From the NCBI GenBank assembly GCA_013387205.1, contig WARV01000010.1, positions 765-64,764 on the forward strand: a stretch of 64,000 nt of DNA, in the 5' to 3' direction. The stretch comes from Patescibacteria group bacterium. GTDB taxonomy: Bacteria > Patescibacteriota > Doudnabacteria > UBA920. The notes beneath the pieces were generated by a model. The model was not told where the DNA came from and made no database searches. It saw nothing but the letters and a program-made list of their open reading frames with translations. Shown piece by piece: positions 19,010-28,211 of this stretch (its first letter is position 1; each line of letters opens with the position of its first letter). Both the position numbers and the translations under genes were made by a program.

Positions 19010-19747
19010 ATGAATGACAGTTATCAAGACGGCCAAGCTGCCCAAAAATATTTAAAATTCCTGGAGTCAAAAAACGGGAAAATACAGCAAAGCGTACTAA
19101 TTGACGCCCTTTTAAATGCGCTTCCCCAAAACCGGCAGCAAAAAATTTTAGATGCATGCTGCGGCTCTGGCTGGTTGACTTCCCGGCTTTTACAGGATTT
19201 TCCCGAAACTTCAGGCTTTGATTCTTCCAAAGAACTTATTGCTTTTGCCCAAAAAAAATATCCGAACATAAACTTTTCCATTGCCGATGCCGCAAATAAT
19301 CTTCCCTACGAAAAAGATTTTTTTGATGTAGTTATTTTAAACATGGCCGCGCCAGATTTGGAAAACCTGCACCAATCTTTCCAAAACCTTTCCGCCATAC
19401 TAAAAAACAATGGACGTTTTACAATGACCATCCCAAATCCTTATTACACATATCCGGTAGCGGTATGGAAGCGCAGCTTTGCGGATTTTATCCAATTTAA
19501 AAAACCTTCATTAAAAATTCAACTTCCGTATTTCCAGGCGCAGGCAATTGAAAGGGAGTTTGGCAAGGGCAATAAAATTTCTTCCCATTTCTATCCCCTG
19601 TCTTCGTATTTGAATGCGGCAAAAGATGCCGGTTTGAAACTGAAAGAAATTAAAGAAATTAAAAGCGTAATTGATAGCCAAAAATTCGACCTGCAATACC
19701 AGCTCTACAGGTATCCGTTGATATTATTGGTAGAATTTACGAAATAA
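19010..19747 (+). CDS. Class I SAM-dependent methyltransferase (likely leaderless start 19010)
   Basis: ILDACCGSG, FDSS, LPYEKDFFDVV. Confidence 0.88.
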   Translation: MNDSYQDGQAAQKYLKFLESKNGKIQQSVLIDALLNALPQNRQQKILDACCGSGWLTSRLLQDFPETSGFDSSKELIAFAQKKYPNINFSIADAANNLPYEKDFFDVVILNMAAPDLENLHQSFQNLSAILKNNGRFTMTIPNPYYTYPVAVWKRSFADFIQFKKPSLKIQLPYFQAQAIEREFGKGNKISSHFYPLSSYLNAAKDAGLKLKEIKEIKSVIDSQKFDLQYQLYRYPLILLVEFTK

Positions 19748-19879
19748 CCTCTTCTCTCTACTAAATACTAAAAAGTACTAAACATACTAAAGCTATATAC
19801 CAGTATTGATATCAGTTAAGTCTATTTGATGATATTTAGTACATTTAGTATTAATTAGTATTTAGTAGAAAGATTAGTA

Positions 19880-20791
19880 TTATCCAAAAAACATCCTCAA
19901 CAAATCCTGCTGCTTACTTAACGGATGGAATGATAGTTCGTCATCTTTAACCACAATAAACTTTTCCTGGCGGATTTTGGGAAGCTGCCAGCTTTTTAAT
20001 ATTACCTCAAAACTCGCGCCAAACTTGTTATCAAAAATTCTTTCCAAAAATTTCTGGTATCGCGATGCTTTATCCTGGATGCAGAAAAACGTAACATTTG
20101 GAAAAAAAATATTAATCCAGCTTAGGTTTTTCATTTGAAAATCGTAAATAGCGCTGGCAAAAACCAAAGGGCGGAGCTTGGCATATTCCCAAGCCGTGTA
20201 TAAATTCCTAAAGCCATCCATTTGTTTTTGCCCCACTATATAATGGTTCAGGCAGAACCGGTTGGAAATTTTATTCCCATGCCGCCTTAAACCTAAAAAT
20301 TGGAAATAAGCCGTTATCAAAGTCCTTGCCAACCATAAAAATTTGTGAGATACGATAATGAACAAGTCGATATCTGAATTTGGTTTTTGAAATCCCTGTG
20401 CCTGGCTGCCGGTTAAACCTACTCCCCTTATGAACGGAATGAGCCTAAGGCCCGAAATGTATTTCCTGATTAATTTTTCCCTGATAATCCCGTAGCTATA
20501 ATTTTGCAGCCTTTTTTCTACAATTTCCCGCTTTCCCGGCAAATAATAAAATCCTTTATCATTTAAAACTTGGCTGCCGCACTCAGTATCCAAGCATTTT
20601 AAAACATCGCTGATTGATACTTGGCTGGAATTTTGTTGTAGATTAATATCATTTAATTCCCATTGGCTGTCGAGTGAAGTTTTAAGGTCTGTTGTTTCGG
20701 AAATTAAAAAACGATGGAGTTCCAAAAGGGTCAAAGGAGTCTCCATTAAATCAAAAAAACGCAAAGTTGAAAGGATACGATTTTTTAACAT
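19880..20791 (-). CDS. Pol-beta-superfamily nucleotidyltransferase-domain protein
   Basis: TGSQA...SDIDLFII; RFCLN. Confidence 0.75.
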   Translation of the reverse strand: MLKNRILSTLRFFDLMETPLTLLELHRFLISETTDLKTSLDSQWELNDINLQQNSSQVSISDVLKCLDTECGSQVLNDKGFYYLPGKREIVEKRLQNYSYGIIREKLIRKYISGLRLIPFIRGVGLTGSQAQGFQKPNSDIDLFIIVSHKFLWLARTLITAYFQFLGLRRHGNKISNRFCLNHYIVGQKQMDGFRNLYTAWEYAKLRPLVFASAIYDFQMKNLSWINIFFPNVTFFCIQDKASRYQKFLERIFDNKFGASFEVILKSWQLPKIRQEKFIVVKDDELSFHPLSKQQDLLRMFFG

Positions 20792-20881
20792 ATTACTAGT
20801 CCACTAATTCTCGAATAAACACTAATTACACTAAGTAGTTTCGTGATATTAGTGATGATTAGTGTATTAGTGGATGGGTAA

Positions 20882-21229
20882 TTATAAGCCTAACTTGTCC
20901 AGTGTTATTTCTTCCCACTCGTCAAAATCAACTTCCTTGAAGACACGAAGTTTATGCGAAAATTGGTCTTGAGAAAACTTATATTCTGTCCTGGCAGTAT
21001 CGCCCATCCGGTGCGAATAATGCTCTTTCTTTTCCAAAACAACAGGATGGTTTTCGCGTACTAGTTTATACCTGTCGCCGCTTGGATGGGTGAATATTAA
21101 AATATCCTGGGCCCCGCGCTTCTGCGGGCCGTCCTCAGTTTCGACCATAATATCTTCCGTTCTTAAGCTAACATCGGAAAAATTATTCTTGGCCGCCTCC
21201 ACTAATTGTTCCCATTTTTCATTTGTCAT
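20882..21229 (-). CDS. Hypothetical protein
   Basis: Co-directional ORF in the operon, typical composition. Confidence 0.7.
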   Translation of the reverse strand: MTNEKWEQLVEAAKNNFSDVSLRTEDIMVETEDGPQKRGAQDILIFTHPSGDRYKLVRENHPVVLEKKEHYSHRMGDTARTEYKFSQDQFSHKLRVFKEVDFDEWEEITLDKLGL

Positions 21230-21230
21230 A

Positions 21231-21307
21231 GGTTACAGATTACGAATAATTTACAGATGTACGGATTACGGATCTGTATATCTGTACAAAATCCGTAATC
21301 TTTAACC
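21231..21307. repeat. Periodic inverted-repeat element, family 'ACAGAT/ACGGAT'
   Basis: Near copy at ~54139-54220 (ataatttacagat..cggattacggatctgtatat); half copy at ~10054-10100. Confidence 0.7.
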
Positions 21308-21310
21308 TGA

Positions 21311-21604
21311 TTACTGCGTAAGGCTGCCGCCGTAAATTCCGCCTAAGGTGGAAAGGGATTTCATTACCATTGGCAAAAGCACGGCCATAGCCAAAATCGG
21401 CAGTACAATTAAAACGAGAGTAATGTACAATTGCCATTGCATGTATTTTTTCGTCTTGCGTGAGTTTTCTAAAATTTCTGCCAACATTTCCCTGTCCTCC
21501 GACTTGTCCGACGTAGCTTTAGCGAAGTCGGAAGCCTTGGCGAAGGAGGATTCTTGGCCCATTACTTGCCCTTGCTGCACATTTTCCATTTGATTTGTTT
21601 CCAT
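21311..21604 (-). CDS. Small single-TM protein with in-frame nested repeat insertion
   Basis: C-terminal TM; SSFAKASDFAKATSDKSEDR encoded by nested palindromic units. Confidence 0.7.
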   Translation of the reverse strand: METNQMENVQQGQVMGQESSFAKASDFAKATSDKSEDREMLAEILENSRKTKKYMQWQLYITLVLIVLPILAMAVLLPMVMKSLSTLGGIYGGSLTQ

Positions 21605-21781
21605 AAGTTTTATCCCCTCTCCTTATCATAGGAGAGGGAGGGTGAGGTTATTATTCTTATCTTTATTTTACCATACCAGCCAATTGACAAAAAGCCGCTT
21701 TAATTATACCCTAAATTGACGCCAAAAGCGCCAAATCAAAACCATAGCTGACGGCGGAAAGCCTAAGCAACTGGAGGATAT

Positions 21782-22324
21782 ATGCAAGAAACGGTCATTG
21801 AAACGTTCAAGGAATGGCTTCTTGAACAAACCGAGAAAACCGTAGTTGTGCGCACGTGGATTTATGAAGAGGCAGGGAAATCTGCAGCGTTCGAATCCTA
21901 CCTGTTCTTCAGACAAAAGGATGGTATTCTGTTCGGGGTGCTGTCGTCTCAATCCTTAAAACCAGTGACCCCGCATCATCAACAGTTAGGTCCAATCCCC
22001 TACGATCATCCAGGATTGGATCAAGAACTCCGCAAATGGATCCGCATGCGATGCGACGACTTCTTGGACTGCGAACAGGTTGTAACTGTCCGCCAAGCAA
22101 ACAACAGCATCACCAGCGCTGGTACCTTCTCGCCAGAGATTCCGTACGTCTTCGGAATGCTATTTGCAGAAATAAAGGGGTTCGTCGACAATCCCAAGAC
22201 ATCTCAGAGCGAACGCTTTTTGATGCAAACAGTTGTCAACCGTTTGTCTGGTTTCCTGAACGAACAGTTCAGTAAGTTCAAGCAAGCTAAACAGCAACTA
22301 CTCGAGGTCGTTTCCTCTATGTAG
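21782..22324 (+). CDS. Hypothetical protein (180 aa), stand-alone unit
   Basis: TTGACA(21684)-17-TACCCT, SD GGAGG, terminator 22327-22364. Confidence 0.7.
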   Translation: MQETVIETFKEWLLEQTEKTVVVRTWIYEEAGKSAAFESYLFFRQKDGILFGVLSSQSLKPVTPHHQQLGPIPYDHPGLDQELRKWIRMRCDDFLDCEQVVTVRQANNSITSAGTFSPEIPYVFGMLFAEIKGFVDNPKTSQSERFLMQTVVNRLSGFLNEQFSKFKQAKQQLLEVVSSM

Positions 22325-22363
22325 CAAAAGCCCGCGGCGCGCATTTTGCGCCGCGGGCTTCTT

Positions 22364-22393
22364 TCACCCTTCGGGTGATCACCCGAAGGGTGA
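22364..22393. repeat. Perfect 30-bp REP-like palindrome
   Basis: TCACCCTTCGGGTGA|TCACCCGAAGGGTGA. Confidence 0.8.
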
Positions 22394-22414
22394 CTATATT
22401 CTAAATTCTAGATT

Positions 22415-23404
22415 CTACTTTTGGCATTTCGGGCAAAACGAACCGGTGCGTCCGCCAATCTTCATCGACTGGATTACTGTGCCGCAAACTTTACATTTCT
22501 CCCCTGCCCGGCCGTAAACGAAATGAAATTTTCCCATTTGCCCCCAAGAGCCATCTGTCCTTATAAAATCCCCAACCGACGAGCCCTTAGCTTTAATCGC
22601 CTGCTTTAAAACTTTTTGAATGTTTTGATAAATACCCCTTAATTCTTGATTCTTAATACTTGATACTTTCCTGTCCGGCCTGACTTTGGCATGAAATAAA
22701 ATCTCATCGCTATAAATATTGCCAATCCCCGCCACTACTTTTGGATCCATCAAAACCTGTTTGATTTTCCCCTTCGGACGTTTTTTCACGGCCGTGAAAA
22801 AACGTCCCCATATGAATTCTTTGTTTAACGGCTCGGGGCCGTATTCCGAAAGTTCTCTAACTTGATCAATCTCATTATCGCGCACCAATTTTAAATACCC
22901 AAACTTACGTACGTCGTTAAAATACAAAGTTGATCCATCTGTAAATTTAAATATCACGTGCGTGTGCTTGCTTGGCAACTGGACCAATGGAGCATTAGAT
23001 GAATTAATCAGGCGATATTTTCCACCAGTTTTTTGCCGCAGTTTTTTATCCTCAAAAATAAACTGCCCGGTCATTTTTAAATGTGCCAAAATAGAAAGCG
23101 ATCCGCTTGTCCGACGTAGCCTTGCATTGCCCGCCGAAGCTTTATGCGAAGGCTGGGGCGAAGTTGGAGATAAATCAAAAATCAAAAGTTTGGCCCTGCG
23201 CTTAACCGACAAAATCTTTTTTCCAATCAGCAAATCAGAAAATTTTTTTACCTGGCCATTTTTGACTTTCCTGACATTACTAACGACATCCGGTCCAATT
23301 TGCACCATCTTTGGCGCATTAACAAAAACCGACTTAATAGCCTTGTTTTTTAGCTTTTTATTTAGTTCATTTACAATGGTTTGGACTTCTGGGAGTTCAG
23401 GCAT
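22415..23404 (-). CDS. mutM: Formamidopyrimidine-DNA glycosylase
   Basis: MPELPEV, HLKMTGQ, GIGNIYSDE, C-terminal zinc finger. Confidence 0.97.
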   Translation of the reverse strand: MPELPEVQTIVNELNKKLKNKAIKSVFVNAPKMVQIGPDVVSNVRKVKNGQVKKFSDLLIGKKILSVKRRAKLLIFDLSPTSPQPSHKASAGNARLRRTSGSLSILAHLKMTGQFIFEDKKLRQKTGGKYRLINSSNAPLVQLPSKHTHVIFKFTDGSTLYFNDVRKFGYLKLVRDNEIDQVRELSEYGPEPLNKEFIWGRFFTAVKKRPKGKIKQVLMDPKVVAGIGNIYSDEILFHAKVRPDRKVSSIKNQELRGIYQNIQKVLKQAIKAKGSSVGDFIRTDGSWGQMGKFHFVYGRAGEKCKVCGTVIQSMKIGGRTGSFCPKCQK

Positions 23405-23482
23405 CAATTTAGATATTAGATAACTTAATTATACCAATCGCCGCACAATTGACAAAATAACCTATAAATGAGAAAATGGTTA

Positions 23483-23911
23483 GTCGCTGATGTTTGCATG
23501 CCTTAAATGATATCCCGAAAGGATGAATAGTTTTTTGTTCTAAGTTTAAGGCGGTTTGATGTTACGACGGCGACAAAAGACCTGAATAAGGCTTGGCGAG
23601 AAAAAGTCAAAAGAGGAAAGCAATTCTCCAAGTTTTGGCGTGTGAGGTTATGTATTTGAGGCAGGCGGCACTGCCGGAAAATGAGACCAAAACCACTATC
23701 TTCCTCTACGCGAGGATAAAAAGCACGACATGGGAACCGCAAGAACCATGTAGCCGCAATAGTTTTTATTGCGGGTGCTGCCAAAACCAACCTGAAGATC
23801 GCGTTTAAAAATTCTTTAAATTAAAAAATTTTTGAAATACCCAGCGGCACATCTTCAGGACAACGAGAACCTAATCCCGCTCGCCACCACCCTTTAAGGT
23901 GGTGGCTTTTT
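23483..23911 (+). ncRNA. Candidate ~430-nt multi-domain structured RNA of unknown family
   Basis: TTGACA(23449)-17-GAAAAT with extended TG; nested stems and multi-way junctions; terminator 23883-23911. Confidence 0.65.
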
Positions 23912-24062
23912 CATTTTATTGACAATATCATGTTATTGATATATATTAATCTATCAATTGCGGTTTGCGGAGTAAGCGTTTCTAGTGCTTATTCCGCTGC
24001 CCGCAAGAGCAGCCTGCCTTTGGCAGACTTCGTCTACCTAGACGTTAAACGAGGTGGAAAAG

Positions 24063-24440
24063 ATGAGTGAGGTCGAGAATCCTCTCACCAAATTACATCA
24101 GTTAACCCGCACAACCGAGCAGCAACTTTGCCAAAATGCGGGAATGATTGCTAAAGCATTAGCAGCTTTAGGGCCCTGCAATCTACCTATGGACTACCAA
24201 GTCCGGAAGGTTGCTGGCAAACCCCGACTCCAACGACGGAATAAGAGATGTCACGAAGGAGTCCCTTACAAACACGCTTTTACGGTATATCCGGAAATCC
24301 GGGTGCCAATCTACGACGCTCTCTGCATAGCTGAAGATGTAGAGGCTGGTTTGATTGACCAAGTTGTCGTCGAACTACAGACAATGCAGAAAGCTGAAAC
24401 CGTGCTCGCAAAAGCAGTGGCTAGACTGAAGTTGATGTAG
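24063..24440 (+). CDS. Hypothetical protein with structured leader
   Basis: TTGACA(23919)-17-TATATT, SD GAGGTG, ATG 24063. Confidence 0.6.
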   Translation: MSEVENPLTKLHQLTRTTEQQLCQNAGMIAKALAALGPCNLPMDYQVRKVAGKPRLQRRNKRCHEGVPYKHAFTVYPEIRVPIYDALCIAEDVEAGLIDQVVVELQTMQKAETVLAKAVARLKLM

Positions 24441-24927
24441 GATTTTTCAGACTTGAAAGTTCAGTTTTTCAGTATTCCATCTTCCGTATTCCGTTTTCCG
24501 TCATGCAATAATGATTGCGTTCTTGGGTAGACGCAAGCAGGAGGAGGAATATACCCAATTATTATGCAAAAAATAGAACATCGTTCTATGGATAATGCAA
24601 AAAGATCATGAAAGCCCGCTAGAGGAACCAGATGTGTTTCTCGCGGGCTTTTCATATTGAAAATATTCCCATTCTCCGTCATAATAAGTATAATGGTTTT
24701 TGGTTAAATTACAGGGTGTTATCCAAACGGCTAAATCGATTATTTACTGCGTTTTAGCCGTTCTCCTTCCCTGTAAAGGGAAGGTGGCTTGCGAAAACAA
24801 GCCGGAAGGGTATGACAATAATTTGATACCACCTCCCTCCACTTTTACGTGGAGTACTCCTCCTTAGAAAGGAGGAGAGAAGGTTACACCAGCACCCAGT
24901 TCGCAATAACGATAACGTTAAAATGAT

Positions 24928-26433
24928 ATGCAGAATTTTTTAAAGTCCATACCCCATAAATTCACGGCCAAGGAAGAGCAGATTTTGCAAAAGGCTTTTG
25001 AATTTGGCAATAATGCCCACAAAGGCCAAAAGCGCAAAAACGGCGACGACTATTTCACGCATCCGGTCGGCGCTTCAATTATTTTAGGGCAAATTTTCCC
25101 GGATACCCCAACCTTAGCCGCCACCCTCCTTCACGACGTACCAGAAGACACGGGCATGTCTTTGGAAACAATCGAGAAAGAGTTCGGCAAGGAAGTCGCC
25201 AGGCTGATTGACGGCGTCACTCAGCTCGGCCACGTCAGGTTCAAAAGCAGCAAGGACAAATACTACGTGGAAAATTTGCGTAAACTGTTCATTGCCACCA
25301 GCCAGGACATCCGGGTTATTTTAATCAAGCTTGCCGACCGCTTGCACAATATGCGGACCATAGAATTCATCCCTCCGGAAAAACAGAAAAAAGTGGCCAT
25401 GGAAACTTTGGAGATGTATTCCCCTATTGCCGGCAGGCTTGGCATAGGAGCCTGGAAAGACGAGCTGGAAGATTTGTCTTTTAAAATTGTCTTTCCCAAG
25501 GAATTCGAGGAAACAAAAAAACTTCTGGAAGACGAGCTAAAAAAACGAAATGAAAATTTAAAAGACATGCAAAAGCGCCTGGGCCACACTTTGCGTACCG
25601 AAGGGATCAAATATTTGGAAATTACCGGCCGCGTCAAACGCCTTTATTCTTTATATAATAAACTCAAGCGCTACAAAGGCGACATAAGCAAGATTTACGA
25701 TATCATGGCCTTAAGGATCATTACCAAATCCACCGCAGATTGCTATGCTGTCTTAGGCGCCATTCACAAACACTTCCAGCCCGTACCGAACAGAATTAAA
25801 GATTTTATCGCCACGCCAAAACCCAATGGCTACCAGAGCATACATACTACAGTTTTCGACAAGAACGGCAGCATTATGGAAATCCAAATCCGCACGGATT
25901 TGATGCACGAAGAGGCCGAGCGCGGAATTGCCGCCCACTGGTTTTATTCGGAAGAAGGCAAGCCGGAAAACAGCGGCCCAATGAAGCCTTCCTGGATTGC
26001 CGAGCTTCAGGCCTGGCACGAAGAAGACACTAACCCGGACGAATATTTGGAAAGGTTGAAAATAGATTTTTTCCGCGACCGCATTTTCGTGTTCACGCCC
26101 AAAGGCGACATTAAAGATTTGCCGCACGGCGCCACGGTTATAGATTTTGCCTTTGCCGTGCATAGCGATTTAGGCTACCACATGATGGGCGCCAAGATAA
26201 ACGGAAAGATGGCCAGCATCTACGACGAGCTTTCCCAGGAAGACGTGGTAGAAATTATAAAGAGCAAAAAGCCGGCAACTATTTCCCGCGACTGGCTGGA
26301 CGCGGCCAAAACCAGTGGCGCGCGCAACAAAATCCGCCACTACCTGAACGAGCATGATAAAGGGATAATCCAAAGGGTAAAAGAACTCAAGCTACAGGAT
26401 TTCAAAATTGCGAGGTTTTTCAGAAAGAAATAG
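24928..26433 (+). CDS. RelA/SpoT homologue (HD, synthetase, TGS; no ACT/RRM)
   Basis: LLHDVPED, KLADRLHNMRT, PKPNGYQSIHT, EIQIRT, FVFTPKG, DFAFAVHS. Confidence 0.93.
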   Translation: MQNFLKSIPHKFTAKEEQILQKAFEFGNNAHKGQKRKNGDDYFTHPVGASIILGQIFPDTPTLAATLLHDVPEDTGMSLETIEKEFGKEVARLIDGVTQLGHVRFKSSKDKYYVENLRKLFIATSQDIRVILIKLADRLHNMRTIEFIPPEKQKKVAMETLEMYSPIAGRLGIGAWKDELEDLSFKIVFPKEFEETKKLLEDELKKRNENLKDMQKRLGHTLRTEGIKYLEITGRVKRLYSLYNKLKRYKGDISKIYDIMALRIITKSTADCYAVLGAIHKHFQPVPNRIKDFIATPKPNGYQSIHTTVFDKNGSIMEIQIRTDLMHEEAERGIAAHWFYSEEGKPENSGPMKPSWIAELQAWHEEDTNPDEYLERLKIDFFRDRIFVFTPKGDIKDLPHGATVIDFAFAVHSDLGYHMMGAKINGKMASIYDELSQEDVVEIIKSKKPATISRDWLDAAKTSGARNKIRHYLNEHDKGIIQRVKELKLQDFKIARFFRKK

Positions 26434-26688
26434 CGCGATCCGAATCAACGAATACCCCGAAGGGGTCCATTTGGGACATCCGAATGCTCCGAATAAAAGA
26501 ACAGCGGTTCGATATTAAAATAATTCAAAACTTGAAAATAACCAAAAACAACGGCTAAAACCTAATATTCTTAGGTTTTAGCCGTTGTTTTATACCACCC
26601 CCTCCTTTGACAAGGGGGTTATATAAAAGTCCTATATGTCGTATTCGACATATAGGACTTTTAAGGCAAATCTTATTTCTATCAGCGA

Positions 26689-27291
26689 CTAGAACATTAT
26701 ATCTTCTTCCGCTCGCTTGTATGCGTGTATTTCTTCCGGTTTAAACCACAAGTTGATTTCGTTATTTGCTTCTTCCGGGGTTTCGGAGGCATGCATGATG
26801 TTATGGATAGCACGGCGTTCGACATTAGCAACTGACGGGGAGTCTACGGAGTAATCACCGCGGATAGTTCCCATTTCCGCAAACACCGGCAAGGTGTGGC
26901 CTGCCAATTTGCGAATCATGTCAATTGCGTGGATACCCTGGATAACCATAGCCACAACCGGCCCGCTGCTTAAATATTCTATCAAGGAAGTCTTCACCAT
27001 TTTGCCGATTTCTTTCGGGTCAGCAGTGCCTTGCGCTTCGATAGGATCTATATTATATTCGGCAAATGTTTTTAAAGTTTTATTGCCCAAGCGTTCCACC
27101 CATTCATCGCTGGTCGGCAAATGTTTTTCCGCATGGTTTGGCGTAGCCTGGACCATTTTTATAGCAATGATTTTCAAACCTCTTCTTTCAATGCGCTGAA
27201 TGACTTCTCCGGTCAACCCCCTCTTTACACCGTCCGGCTTAACCAAAACTAATGTTTTCTCTTCCTTAATTTTTTTATGGATCTCGGTCAT
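26689..27291 (-). CDS. ndk: Nucleoside diphosphate kinase
   Basis: TLVLVKPDG, GTIRGD, NIMHAS. Confidence 0.95.
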   Translation of the reverse strand: MTEIHKKIKEEKTLVLVKPDGVKRGLTGEVIQRIERRGLKIIAIKMVQATPNHAEKHLPTSDEWVERLGNKTLKTFAEYNIDPIEAQGTADPKEIGKMVKTSLIEYLSSGPVVAMVIQGIHAIDMIRKLAGHTLPVFAEMGTIRGDYSVDSPSVANVERRAIHNIMHASETPEEANNEINLWFKPEEIHAYKRAEEDIMF

Positions 27292-27417
27292 TTATTTGTC
27301 CTATATGTCTTATAAGTCCAATTTGGCTTATTTGACCAATTAAAATTATTTTTTAGATCTTTCGACTCGTCCGCCAACCAGCAGACTCGCTTAGAGGATG
27401 ACAATTGTAAAATAATT

Positions 27418-28176
27418 TTATTTTACAATCGTTACTTTTTGCATCACCACCGGAGTAACCGGTTTGCCGTCTGTCGGGCCCATTTGCGGGATAATATCCA
27501 CCTGTCCGACTTTATCAACCACCTCTTGCCCGGATACCACTTTGCCGAAAATCGTGTAATTGTTCGGCAGAGGCACATCGCCCAGCATTATGAAGAACTG
27601 GCTGGTGTTGGTGTTAGGCCCGGCATTAGCCATGGCCAATACACCTTTTTTATAGCCTTCCTTATAGCTTGGCGTGTTAGGATTCAACTCGTCGGCAAAC
27701 GGTCCGCCAAAAGCGCTGTCTCCCCCGCTGCCAGTACCAGTTGGGTCGCCGCCCTGGATGACAAATCCTTTTGCCACGCGGTGGAAAGTTAAACAGTCAA
27801 AGTATCCGGCATTGGCCAAGCGTAAAAAATTCTCCACGGTCTTTGGCGCGTCTTTGTCATAAAATTCAACTGTGACCTTGCCGAAATCTTTAATGTCAAT
27901 CTCCGCCTGCCTGCCCGCAATGTCCACTTTGGCAGTTTGCAGTTTGTTCTGATCAAAATCCCTTTGGCAGGTATTTTGCGTTGACTGCTCTGCTTTCGGA
28001 GTCTGAACCTGGTTGGCCGGAGTTTCTTGCTGGTTAGAATTTTGGGTTTGTTGCTGCGTTGTGTTCATGCTTGTTTCCTGGCTTTCGCCTTTATTTCTTA
28101 ATTTGGCAACCGCGACAATGGCGCCGGCAGCCAGTAATATGCAAATAATAGATATCGCTAGTGTTTTATTTGACAT
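27418..28176 (-). CDS. Membrane-anchored cyclophilin-type peptidyl-prolyl isomerase
   Basis: APKTVENF, FHRV..FVIQGGDP, MANAGPNTNTSQFFI. Confidence 0.95.
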   Translation of the reverse strand: MSNKTLAISIICILLAAGAIVAVAKLRNKGESQETSMNTTQQQTQNSNQQETPANQVQTPKAEQSTQNTCQRDFDQNKLQTAKVDIAGRQAEIDIKDFGKVTVEFYDKDAPKTVENFLRLANAGYFDCLTFHRVAKGFVIQGGDPTGTGSGGDSAFGGPFADELNPNTPSYKEGYKKGVLAMANAGPNTNTSQFFIMLGDVPLPNNYTIFGKVVSGQEVVDKVGQVDIIPQMGPTDGKPVTPVVMQKVTIVK

Positions 28177-28211
28177 CCTTATGTATTTTAATGATTACAA
28201 TGATAATTTTA

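Noticed and set aside
23503-23808. ORFs 23593-23808 (+) and 23503-23790 (-)
   Set aside because: No well-spaced SD, atypical composition, and the region is better explained by dense base-pairing.
23483-23911. RNase P, tmRNA or hammerhead identity for the large RNA
   Set aside because: GAGGAAAG is not followed by UCC and no matching 3' P4 strand is seen; no tRNA-like ends; CUGAUG is not followed by A and the hammerhead core is incomplete.
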